From Candidatus Multivorans sp. (GTDB taxonomy: Bacteria; Acidobacteriota; Thermoanaerobaculia; Multivoradales; Multivoraceae): a stretch of DNA of 64,000 nt. The DNA lies in NCBI GenBank assembly GCA_965224025.1, contig OZ245033.1, positions 1,248,001 to 1,312,000 on the forward strand, given 5' to 3'. Shown piece after piece: positions 55,026 through 64,000 of the stretch. The notes under the pieces were generated by a model. The model was not told the DNA's origin. It worked only from the letters and a program-made list of their open reading frames with translations, and ran no database searches. The position numbers and the translations under genes were made by a program. How positions within the stretch are numbered: the first letter of the stretch is position 1; the number at the start of each line of letters is the position of its first letter.

Positions 55026-55628
55026 CTACCGCCAAGGGCGGCGCGACGGCTCCCTGATCCGGCGGATCATCCGGCGCCGGCGATTGGCCGGGTCGCTCGG
55101 GTCGTTGGAGAACAGCCGCATCACATCGCCGTCGCGCGCGAACCGGTAGCGGCGCGCCGGCTTCTTGCCGTTCAGTCCCTTGGCCGCGCCCTTCGGGTAC
55201 GTCCACAGTTCGATGTCCGGATCATCGATGTCGCGGTGCTCCTCCCATTCCGTCTTGTCCGGGTCGCCGAACAGGACGTAGACCATGCCGCGATCCGTTC
55301 GCCGGCCTAGCAGACCCGATTCCGAGTACCGCTTGTCGGCCTCGGCAGCCCGCAGCTCGAACTGCCGCTTCAGCGCGCCATCTCTTCGGCTCCAGAATTG
55401 CTCGACGAAGGCTGCCGCCTCCTCGTTCGAGTCGAGCAACAGGAAGAGGGTCCGCTCTTCCTCGTCGGCGAGCTGACCGACCGGCCCTACCAACCAGCGC
55501 GTATGGGTGGGCCCCAGGAAGGGGTTGATCAGGTCGTCCGGATGAAGCCGCTCGAGGCTGTCGGCAGCCACCGCCGCCGAGGTCGCGCCCAGAACCAGGG
55601 CCAGGAACAGGGCCGCCGGGCGCCGCAC
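55026..55628 (-). CDS. Secreted GWxTD-domain-like protein
   Basis: Signal peptide, FVEQFWSRRD, GRRTDRGMVYVLFG.P, ELWTY. Confidence 0.75.
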   Translation of the reverse strand: MRRPAALFLALVLGATSAAVAADSLERLHPDDLINPFLGPTHTRWLVGPVGQLADEEERTLFLLLDSNEEAAAFVEQFWSRRDGALKRQFELRAAEADKRYSESGLLGRRTDRGMVYVLFGDPDKTEWEEHRDIDDPDIELWTYPKGAAKGLNGKKPARRYRFARDGDVMRLFSNDPSDPANRRRRMIRRIREPSRRPWR

Positions 55629-55630
55629 CG

Positions 55631-56245
55631 TCAACGACCCTTCAGGAGATCCAGGAACTCCTCCCGGATCGGCCGTTCGTGGAAGATGCCCCGGAGCGCG
55701 GACGTGACCGTCATGGCGCCGGACTTTTTGACGCCGCGCATCTCGACACAGAGGTGACGGGCCTCGATCACGACCATCGCGCCGCGCGGTCGGAGTTCCT
55801 CTTCCAGAAAGCTGACCACCTGCTCGGTGAGCCGCTCCTGGAGCTGGGGCCGCTTGGCGTAGAACTCGAGAATGCGCGCGAACTTGGACAGCCCAAGGAT
55901 CTTGTCGCCCGGAACGTAGGCGATGTGCGCGTGGCCGTAGAAGGGCACGAGGTGGTGCGAACACATGGAGTAGAAGGGGATGTCCTTCTCCATGACCATG
56001 GCGCGGTAGTTCTCGTCGTTCGGGAAGGTCGTGATCCTCGGTTGCGATCCTTGGTCGAGACCGCGGAACATCTCCAGGTACATGCTGGCCACCCGCTCGT
56101 GGGTGGTGCGCAAATTCGGGTCGTCCAGATCGAGGCCGAGTTCGACGAGCACGGCGCGGACGCGCTCCGCGAGGCGCTCCACCCGCTCGGCGTCCGGGAT
56201 CGCCGCCGCAAGCTCCTGCTGCCTCCGCTCGCGTGCCGCATTCAT
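55631..56245 (-). CDS. folE: GTP cyclohydrolase I
   Basis: SMCSHHLVPF, GLSK.AR, QLQERLT, HLCVEMRG. Confidence 0.95.
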   Translation of the reverse strand: MNAARERRQQELAAAIPDAERVERLAERVRAVLVELGLDLDDPNLRTTHERVASMYLEMFRGLDQGSQPRITTFPNDENYRAMVMEKDIPFYSMCSHHLVPFYGHAHIAYVPGDKILGLSKFARILEFYAKRPQLQERLTEQVVSFLEEELRPRGAMVVIEARHLCVEMRGVKKSGAMTVTSALRGIFHERPIREEFLDLLKGR

Positions 56246-56320
56246 CCCGACAGGCTCCAGAACACGCACTGGCGCATGCTACCGTAGGCCGCCCCAGACA
56301 ACTACGGAGCTGAGCTTCAA

Positions 56321-56548
56321 ATGAGCCGAGTCACGATCGAATACTGCGTGATGTGAAACTACCGCCCCCGAGCCGCCGGTCTGGCGGCTCAGTTGAAGGA
56401 GCGGTTCAACCTCGATTCGGAGCTGGTCGACGGCAGCGGTGGCGTCTTCGAAGTCGCCCTCGACGCCCGACCAGTGTTCTCCAAGAAGCAACTCGGCCGC
56501 TTCCCCGACAACGGCGAGGTCGAGACCGCGGTCGCGGACCTGCTGTAG
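56321..56548 (+). CDS. SelW/SelT/SelH (Rdx-family) selenoprotein with in-frame UGA
   Basis: MSRVTIEYCVM-U-NYRPRAA...GSGGVFEV...FSKKQLGRFP; TGA at 56354-56356 in a CxxU motif. Confidence 0.9.
56370..56390 (+). promoter_or_regulatory. Bacterial SECIS-like hairpin
   Basis: GAGCCGCC-GGTCT-GGCGGCTC stem starting 13 nt after the UGA, with G in the loop. Confidence 0.7.
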
Positions 56549-56808
56549 GTCCCCAGGTTCCTCGGCGCGCCGGGAGGCCTCTTTTGCCCGACGCCGTCCA
56601 GCCCGCCCCGGGCTCTGGGGGGAGGGGTCCCACAGGTGGCTCGGAGCGAGCGACGCCCGACGACATCGCGGCAAGCAACGCCTGACCGAAGCGAGTGAAG
56701 TGAAGTGAGCGGTCATGAGGTACTTTGGCGGGAAGTGAGCCCGCCGCGGCTCCCGCGGGGCCTGCAAGAATCAGGGGACCGAGCCACGGAACTTGGAGGG
56801 AACACGCC

Positions 56809-57840
56809 ATGAGGACAGGCCTGATATGCGCCATGCTGCTGCTGAGCATGGGCCGCCCGGCCGGAGCCGAGACGCTCTACAACAAGGACGGCGTGCGGCT
56901 GTCGGCGACGGCGCAGGCCATCGACCCCGGCGCCGCGGTCTGCCGCGTCCGGGAGGAGCGCCACTCCGCGGAGGAGTACGCGAGGCTCAAGCCGAACGAC
57001 GGCCAGCCCCTCGACGTCTGGCGGATCGACGTCCTGGTCGCCAACTTCTCCGGTAAGGTGCTGGACTACCTAAGCGCCAGCGTCAACGTGGACTCGGACT
57101 GGCCGCCGTGCGACCACTGGGACGGGCCGGAAGCCAGCTACGGCGAGCCGGTCACGACCGAGCCTTTGATGTCGATCCAGAGGGCGGCGGGCGTAAAGCC
57201 GGGCGAGGAGGTGCGGGAGACGGCCTTCGTGTTGGCGTACCACGACCAGGAGCCATCGATAGGCCGCTGGGACATCGACTACGACTTAGCGCCCGGGGCC
57301 GCAACCGCGACGACCGCCCCGGGCGCCGAGCGGCCCGCCGCCGCTGGCGACGCTCCGGACCCGGGAACACCCGGTCAGGGCGCGCCGGACCCGACCTGCG
57401 CCGGCAAGGAGGTCGGGGCCGAGTGTTGGATGGAAACGGAGAACCAGTCGGGGTGCTACCTCTGGAATCCGAACTTGCAGAGGGGAGAGACCGTGACCTG
57501 GACCGGTAACTGCGCCGACGGGCTGGCCAACGGCGCCGGCGAGGGGATCTGGAACTACAAGGCCGCGAAGAGAGTGGATGAAGGGCCGTACGTGGACGGC
57601 AAGAAGAACGGCCACTGGACCATCCGATGGCCCAGCAACTGGAGTGCGGAAGGGCCGTACGTGGACGGCAAGAGGAACGGCCGCTGGACCCAGCGAACGG
57701 GCGACGGGAGCGTGGAAGAAGGGCCATACGTGGACGGCGAGAAGAACGGCCGCTGGACCCAGCGAACGGGCGACGGTCTCTTGTGTACCAAGTCTTGGGT
57801 CAATGGCGAGTATCAAAGCACCAACTGCAGTGAGCGATAG
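56809..57840 (+). CDS. Secreted protein with C-terminal MORN-like repeats
   Basis: GGAGG RBS, signal peptide; WTGNCADGLANG; three 23-aa EGPYVDGxxNGxWT repeats (69-bp period). Confidence 0.8.
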   Translation: MRTGLICAMLLLSMGRPAGAETLYNKDGVRLSATAQAIDPGAAVCRVREERHSAEEYARLKPNDGQPLDVWRIDVLVANFSGKVLDYLSASVNVDSDWPPCDHWDGPEASYGEPVTTEPLMSIQRAAGVKPGEEVRETAFVLAYHDQEPSIGRWDIDYDLAPGAATATTAPGAERPAAAGDAPDPGTPGQGAPDPTCAGKEVGAECWMETENQSGCYLWNPNLQRGETVTWTGNCADGLANGAGEGIWNYKAAKRVDEGPYVDGKKNGHWTIRWPSNWSAEGPYVDGKRNGRWTQRTGDGSVEEGPYVDGEKNGRWTQRTGDGLLCTKSWVNGEYQSTNCSER

Positions 57841-58356
57841 GCCGCGCCTGTCGGGTATAGACGGGGGTGGCCGGGCACAGCTTGCCGGGGGAGGCTCGGC
57901 GCAGTCGCAGAGCGGGTCGGTGGAGTAACCTGGGCTCGAGCGGCAGTGGCGATCGCCCGGCGCAGGAACAACCCCGGCGCGGTGGTGCGCCACGCGAAGG
58001 GCCTCCCGCCTGAGGACGCCCACGGCCCGATCCGACCGAAGCCGAGAGGCAGATCAAGCAGGCCAGCCAGACCGGAACGGCAGCTCAACCCAGGCATTGG
58101 AGCAGCTCGCCGCGCAGTACGTGCCGGGAGCAGGGCGGCTCGACGCTTAGTTCGCGCTGACTGAGCGCGCAGGTCGAGACCTGTCCTGCGACTATCGCCA
58201 GCTCGCTACGGAGTACAAGCAGCTCACCGAGGACTACGGCCGCATCGTGACATCGAATCGGCGTCTGGATAGGTAGCCGGCCCGGTAGTCGACTGTGCGG
58301 GAGCTGTGCGGGAGCACGTCTCGGCGACGGACTGACACAGGCTGTGCTAAGGTTCG

Positions 58357-58548
58357 TTGAGTCTACAAACCAGCGCTGAAGCCAGCGTGCTCGTACTAGC
58401 TGGACTGGCTCTTGTTGTCGGCATTGTTGCCCTGCCAACCGACGCCTTTGCCTGCACCTGCGTGAACGACACCTACAGCCCTTGGTTCAGCATCAAGTGT
58501 GGAAGCGGTGGGGAAGTGTGGTGTCAGATCTGCACTTTCTGCTATTAG
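58357..58548 (+). CDS. Small secreted Cys-rich peptide (start uncertain)
   Basis: Hydrophobic signal ending AFA, then CTCVNDTYSPWFSIKCGSGGEVWCQICTFCY (6 Cys). Confidence 0.55.
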   Translation: MSLQTSAEASVLVLAGLALVVGIVALPTDAFACTCVNDTYSPWFSIKCGSGGEVWCQICTFCY

Positions 58549-60178
58549 AGTGACGCGCGCCGCCATGAAAGCGGGGGCCGCGTCGTACCGGTCGTGCTCT
58601 ACGCCGCGTTGGTCGCCGACGCGGCGGCTGTGGGGGGCAGTGCTGTTTGTACTCCTGCCGTTTGCCACAGATCCCCTGGCCGCATCGACCTGCCGCCAGG
58701 TCAACACCTCGGATCTTCCCCGTCACGGTGGGCTTGACGGTGCTTGGCTGAGTTCCTCCCGGGTCGCTCTGACGGACGTCAGGGAGCACCGGTTTCTAGT
58801 TTACGAGTTCAACCGCGACACCGTTCGAGGTGTCGAGCCGAGGACGGAAGGTCACGATCCGCAACAGGTCCTGGGTCTGACTGCTGTACGTGACGGATTC
58901 GTGATGTCTGGCCTGCACCGGGATCGGTCCCGATACCGCGAGGGAGCTTCTATCCTGCGGCTCGACCCGAACCTGCAACCGGTGACCACGTACTCTTGGC
59001 CTCAAGAGTGGGGCGACAATACTCACTTCCACGGCAGAGGCTCCGGCCGACCCACAATGGCCCAGGAAGTTGAAGGCACCCAAGACGGCTTCGTTGCTTG
59101 GCTCTTCTTTACGAATCGCGACGGCATCATGCGGTTCACGTTGCCCGCCGGAGATGCGGATGCTGTAGTGACCCCAACCGGCTTTTGGCCCCAGATGCCG
59201 ACCGAGGCTCACGCAAAGGTACCGCTCTTTTCCGCCTCTTTCGAGTTGCGAGTGGGTAGGGCGCGGGCGAGTGCAGATGCTGAGGGGGTCTTGGGATAGC
59301 GGCCTCCGCCGCCGTAGCCGCCGCCGTCGGGCTGTGGAATCTGCGGAAGACCGGTAGCGGCGAGGGCGCAAGCTGTCCGGTGGGGAGGGCGTTCGCGGCG
59401 ATTTCGGGTGGCGGCTGTAGTCGCGGGCGATCGGAATGAGCAAGACTCGTCTCTCCTGTTCCGACTGAAGGAGGACGAGAGATGCAGAGGGAATTGTTCG
59501 CGAGAGCGCTGGGCGTGTCGGCGCCGTGGTTCGTTGACGGCGTGGACTTCTGTGAGAGGGAGCGTCGGTTGACGATACGGATCGACTTCAGGAAGGGCAG
59601 CCGATTCGCCCACGAGGGGGACGGCGGTTCTCATCCGGTGCACGACACGCAGATCAAGCGCTATCGGCACCTCAACTTCTTCCAGCACGAGTGCCTGCTC
59701 GAGGCGCGAGTGCCCCGTGTGCGACTCCCCGACCAGCGGGTGGCGTTGGTGACTCCGCCCTGGTCGGGCAGATTGTCCGGCTTCACGCTGCTGTTCGAAG
59801 CCTTGATTCTGGCCATGTGCCGAGACATGACCTTCGCTGCGGTGGCCCGGTTGACCGGGGTGTCGTGGCATCGGGTGCACGCGATCTGCAAGCGCTACGT
59901 CGAGCTGGCGGTCGACCGGGACGACCTCTCCGAACTGCGCCACGTGGCCATTGACGAGACTTCCCGCGCCAAGGGGCACGACTACGTGACCGCGGTCGCC
60001 GACAGCGAGCGCCGGCGCGTGGTGTTCCTCGCCGAGGGACGCAAGTCCGGCACGATCGAGGAGTTCGCCGACGATCTGCAAAGGCGCGGCGGCGATCCCG
60101 CCGCGATCAGCCGGGCGTCCATCGACATGTCGGCCGCCTTCCTCAAGGGGATTATATCCGTAGGTTGACAGAAACCGA

Positions 60179-60313
60179 TCACGCCTCGGCCTTCTTGGTG
60201 GCCTTGACCGGCTTCGCCCGGTCCTTCATCAGCAGCCAGTGCGCCACCTGCTTCGGAGTCGCGCCGTTGTAGTTGGCCTTCAATCCCTTGCGGCGAGGCT
60301 TCTTGATCTTCAT
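60179..60313 (-). CDS. Small basic ORF at the end of the IS1595 element
   Basis: MKIKKPRRKGLKANYNGATPKQVAHWLL..., 44 aa, ending next to the IR. Confidence 0.4.
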   Translation of the reverse strand: MKIKKPRRKGLKANYNGATPKQVAHWLLMKDRAKPVKATKKAEA

Positions 60314-60356
60314 AACAGCGCCGCTCACCTAGGCCCGCCGTAGATGGAATGCTCCC

Positions 60357-61943
60357 TCAGAACAGTTCCTGCTGCGCCATCGGCTTGCCGCTGTACGGAT
60401 CGTTCATCGTCGGCAAGCGTGGCAGTCTCCCGTCGAAGTACTCGCTGATCGGCCATAGCTGCATTCTCCTGTAGGGCTGACCGGACACGCTGATCGTGCC
60501 AGCCTCTGCCGCTTCCGCCCGCGCTGCACGCGAGCCGACTGGTTCCAGTGTGACGAAGCAGCCGAGAGCCGCTTCGTCGCGGTCTGTGACATGGCGGAAG
60601 TCCCGCAACGCTCCGAGATGGAATCCACCGCCCTTGATCTGCGCCAGCGCGAGACGGGAATCGTAGTCGTCCGGCTGAGCGGCGATCACGGCGCGACCGT
60701 CCACGCCGCCGTCCGCAACCTGCTTCATGTTCGGCGCGAAACCGGGGAGCCGCGTCACCGCCCACGATTCAAAGCTGAACGGCTGCTCGGTTGCCAGCTT
60801 GCGCGCCGATGCGAGATCGACCGGGATCCCCTTCGTCGGGATCGTCCGGTTCTTCAGCCGCTTCTCACGGATCAGGTCGATAGCGAATGACGAAATGTCG
60901 ATCCCGGCCCACTGTCGGCCGAGACGCTGCGCCGCTTCAATGGTCGTACCGCAACCGCAGAACGGATCGAGAATCAGGTCGTCAGGGTTACTGCTCGCTT
61001 CGATGATCCGCTCCAGCAACGCGCGGGGCTTCTGGGTCGGGTAACCCATCCGTTCCTTCGCCTGGGCGCCGATCGGCCCTATGTCCGTCCATAGGTCCTG
61101 CAACGGCCGGCCCTTGGCCTCGTCCAAATAGCGCTTGTAGGCCGGGACGCGGCCCGGCGCTGTTTGTACAACCCGTCCTTCGTCGATCATCCGCTGCATC
61201 CGCTCGCGGGAGTAGGCCCAATAGCGCGTTACGCCCAGTACCTCGTACTGCGGGTTGCCCTTCGCTGCACCGCCGCGCCCAGTCATATCGCTGAGTCGAT
61301 AGCGCCGTCCAGTGTCTTCTTCGACATAGCGGTAGAAACCGTCGACGTATTGGTCATCGTATGGCGTGTACAGCGGATTCCAAGCCCAACCGTCGCCCCT
61401 CGAGTAGTAGAGGACGCGATCCAGTACACGTCCAAATTGTCGTCTTCCCTGCGCGCCGTCGTTGTGGCTGCTGGTTCGCTTCCATCCGATTTCGGATCGG
61501 AAATTCGGCACACCGAAGATCGCGTCCATGACGATTTTGAGATAGTGGCTCGCGGTCGGGTCACAGTGCAAGTAGATCGAACCTGTTGGCTTGAGGAGCC
61601 GGTGCATGTGCTCCAAGCGCTCCGCCATGTAGGTCAGGTAGGCGAGCATCCCGGACGGGCCGATGGCGTGCCGTAGGCCCACTATCGCGTCGTGGGCGCG
61701 TCGTGCGGGCGCACCCTCGTAGGCCGCGTAGCGGTCCGCCGCGGCTTCGTCCCACGCCCATGTGTCGCTGAACGCCCGGTACTGCGCGTCAGCGCCGCCG
61801 CGAGCCGAGTAGAGGATGTTGTAGTCGGCCTTCGAGTTGAATGGCGGATCGAGGTAAATCAGGTCTACGGACTGATCGTCCCATCGCTGCATCCAGTCGA
61901 GGCAGTCACCGTAGTACAGCGTGCCCGCGTCCGGTGGGTTCAT
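60357..61943 (-). CDS. Beta-class amino DNA methyltransferase with C-terminal Mrr-like endonuclease domain
   Basis: YLDPPFNS, YPTQKP..LLERII, DPFCGCGTT; C-terminal FESWA...DGGVDG...AQIK. Confidence 0.88.
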   Translation of the reverse strand: MNPPDAGTLYYGDCLDWMQRWDDQSVDLIYLDPPFNSKADYNILYSARGGADAQYRAFSDTWAWDEAAADRYAAYEGAPARRAHDAIVGLRHAIGPSGMLAYLTYMAERLEHMHRLLKPTGSIYLHCDPTASHYLKIVMDAIFGVPNFRSEIGWKRTSSHNDGAQGRRQFGRVLDRVLYYSRGDGWAWNPLYTPYDDQYVDGFYRYVEEDTGRRYRLSDMTGRGGAAKGNPQYEVLGVTRYWAYSRERMQRMIDEGRVVQTAPGRVPAYKRYLDEAKGRPLQDLWTDIGPIGAQAKERMGYPTQKPRALLERIIEASSNPDDLILDPFCGCGTTIEAAQRLGRQWAGIDISSFAIDLIREKRLKNRTIPTKGIPVDLASARKLATEQPFSFESWAVTRLPGFAPNMKQVADGGVDGRAVIAAQPDDYDSRLALAQIKGGGFHLGALRDFRHVTDRDEAALGCFVTLEPVGSRAARAEAAEAGTISVSGQPYRRMQLWPISEYFDGRLPRLPTMNDPYSGKPMAQQELF

Positions 61944-62926
61944 GCCGAGCGAGCGCCGGACGGCAGGCCGTTGTCGGCGATCAGGTCACGGTACTGGAGC
62001 CGCTTGCCCGCCAGCCCCTCGGTGACGGACGCCATTTGCGCCAGCGTGTCGAGATCGCGGAAGTTGTGACGGCCCGCGAACTGGTTGACGTAGCGCTGTA
62101 GATGCTTCGGTGAGAGCTTGTGGTACACGCCCTTGTGGGCGCGCTTGAGCATCGACCAGAAGCTCTCGATCGAGTTCGTGTGAACCTTGCCCGCAACGTA
62201 CTCGCCGACCGAGTGCTTGACGGTGCCGCGCTCGTACTCGGTCAAACCGCTGTACGCCCCCGTATCGTCCGTGTAGACCGTTGCGCCGGGTTCGACGTGC
62301 TCACGGACGAACGCTTGCAGGGTCTCGCCGTCGGTCGAACGGACGACACGCGCCGCCACCATGCCGGTCTCGCGGTCCTTGACGCCCACCACCGCTGTCT
62401 TGCCGACAGAGCCACGGCCTTCGAGGGTCTTGCGCTTCTTCGCGTGCATATTCTTCCGCAGACCGCCGAAGTACGCCTCATCGGCTTCTGCCGGTCCCTC
62501 GAAGCGCACGGTCGGCCCCGAGTCGCTGAACTCGCGGATGCGCTGGAGCATGAACCACGCGGTCTTCTGAGTGACGCCCAGGTCACGGTGGATCTTCATC
62601 GACGACACGCCCTTGAGGCTCGTTGTGTCGAGGTAGATCGCGTACAGCCACTTGAGCAGAGGCAGCTTCGACCGCGCCATCACGGTGCCGGTCTTCACCG
62701 AGAAGTACCGCTTGCAGTCGCGGCAGCGGTACGGCATCTTCGCGTGGCTGCACTCGTGGTTGTTGTCGGTGCCGCAGTGCGGGCAGTAGCGCTCGCCGTC
62801 CGGCCAGACGATCGCCTCGAACCACTGCCGCGCCGCTTCCTCATCGGGGAACATCCGCTGCAAGTCGAACAGCGTGATGCCCTTCCGGTGAGCCTTGCCG
62901 GGTGCCTTGAGTTCTGTGTCGTTCAT
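61940..62926 (-). CDS. IS1595-family DDE transposase
   Basis: CPHCG...CRDC zinc ribbon, KTAWFM..RIRE, EADEAY.GG, YTDD, HTNSIESFWS.LKR. Confidence 0.95.
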   Translation of the reverse strand: MNDTELKAPGKAHRKGITLFDLQRMFPDEEAARQWFEAIVWPDGERYCPHCGTDNNHECSHAKMPYRCRDCKRYFSVKTGTVMARSKLPLLKWLYAIYLDTTSLKGVSSMKIHRDLGVTQKTAWFMLQRIREFSDSGPTVRFEGPAEADEAYFGGLRKNMHAKKRKTLEGRGSVGKTAVVGVKDRETGMVAARVVRSTDGETLQAFVREHVEPGATVYTDDTGAYSGLTEYERGTVKHSVGEYVAGKVHTNSIESFWSMLKRAHKGVYHKLSPKHLQRYVNQFAGRHNFRDLDTLAQMASVTEGLAGKRLQYRDLIADNGLPSGARSA

Positions 62927-64000
62927 CGCTTCTCCCTCCGTCAACCGTGAGGTATACCCTACCGGACGGAGAGCCAGTTTGTCAACCTAGAGATATAATC
63001 CCCTTCCTCAAGGGCGTCGCCGAGAATCTCCCCAACGCCGAGGTGACCCTCGACAAGTTCCACGTCATGGCCCTGGCCTCGAAGGCGGTGGACGAGACCC
63101 GGCGCCTCGAACAGCGCCTCGATCCGTCGCTGAAGGGCCTGCGCTGGACGCTGCTCAAGAACCGCGACTCCCTGACGCCGGCCCAACGGGCCGACCTCGA
63201 CCGCTTCGTCAAGAGGGTCGCCAGCCGACGCACCGCACGCGCCTGGCTCTATCGGGAGCAACTCCGCGAAATTCTCAACCGCAAGCAGATCAACGTCGTG
63301 CTGCGAATGCTCCATCAGTGGTGCACCAACGTGAACCGCTCCAAGGTCGAACCCATGAAGGCCGTCGCCCGCACCATCCGAAAGCACCTGCAAGCGATCG
63401 CTGCCTGGGCGCGAACCCGGCAGACCAACGGCTTCCTCGAAGCCCTCAACGGACTCTTCCAGTCCGCCAAACGCAAGGCCAGAGGCTACAAGCGATTCGA
63501 CACCATACGCATCGCCTTCTTCCTCATCGCCGGCAAACTCGACTTCCACACGCTCAACCCGCACACCGCTTGACCCACTCGCAATTCAAAAGATCCTCTT
63601 TTCCTCGTGCTTGGCGGCGATGGTCGGCGAGAATGCGGCCGCCTACGCATTGCGCGTGGATGAAGGGCCCTTCATCCAGCGTCTAGTGGGCCGTGGCGAA
63701 CGCCTGAAGGTCTTTCCCGACTGGCCCGGGCCCCTGCCGGACCTTCCCCCTGTAAGTGAGATGGAACACTACCCTGCATGGTGGAAGGCAGTTGAGAACG
63801 CGAGCTTCCCGGCCAGTCTCTATGCTGAGGGGCCGCACCTCTACCTGATGATGCGGTTGGCAGCGACGGACGGATCGGAATGGGAACTACACGCTATCGA
63901 CCCGGTGGCGGAGTCTTTGCTGCATAGCGTTCGGCTACCAACGCGGGCCGCGAACGTATCCCTCGTGCCCGGGCCCAAGTACTGGGCGCTCCTCGAAGGG

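Larger units (their letters stand above)
60147..63003 (-). mobile_element. IS1595-family transporter element with passenger genes
   Basis: IR GGGGATTATATC(CG/TC)TAGGTTGACA at both ends (22/24); 8-bp TSD TTCCTCAA at 60139-60146 and 63004-63011. Confidence 0.93.
59234..63596 (+). mobile_element. ISL3-family element, transposase (59482-60146 and 63012-63573) split by an IS1595 insertion
   Basis: 24-bp IRs (20/24 match); 8-bp TSD TCTTTTCC at 59226-59233 and 63597-63604; RHLNFFQH, AIDETS, DMS.AF, DKFHV and TNGFLEALN motifs. Confidence 0.93.
58565..64000 (+). pseudogene. Secreted hypothetical (beta-propeller-like) gene interrupted by ISL3; coding parts 58565-59233 and 63605 to the window end
   Basis: Removing the IS and one TSD copy restores an open frame ...KVPLFS-SCLAAMVGENAAAYALRV... 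that runs to the window end. Confidence 0.75.

Overview
High-GC bacterial chromosomal window. The gene content suggests Acidobacteriota (inference only). The housekeeping backbone carries metH (3' part), an ABC-F ATPase, luxC/luxE-like genes, a nuclease-DinG helicase, hflKC, nupC, rlmD, nrdJ with tandem NrdR boxes, methylmalonyl-CoA mutase/epimerase/meaB, carAB, hspR-dnaK, mazG, rsbW/STAS, dcd, glpX, queD, folE and a SelW-like selenoprotein missed by the ORF track. Small accessory islands are inserted in it. The main candidate novel system is a polymorphic, apparently phase-variable M23-peptidase/partner system. Three related genes share N-terminal modules (Ig-like, poly-Pro and PPC-like domains) but end in divergent M23 peptidase domains. 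Each is followed by a paralogous secreted ~400-aa partner, one of which is only a remnant. One copy is a 5'-truncated cassette sharing a ~626-bp near-identical repeat with the full-length gene. The full-length gene lies back-to-back with a Cre-like tyrosine recombinase. Between them is a ~210-bp segment bounded by two loxP-like sites with inverted identical 6-bp spacers and carrying a sigma70-type promoter. A degenerate second copy at 42.9 kb shows part of this segment in the opposite orientation. Also present: two type II TA modules, a nested ISL3::IS1595 element carrying a DNA methyltransferase-endonuclease passenger, several IS remnants, a Cys-rich secreted peptide and a probable S41 pseudo-protease. 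All calls come from reading the sequence by eye; no database searches were run.
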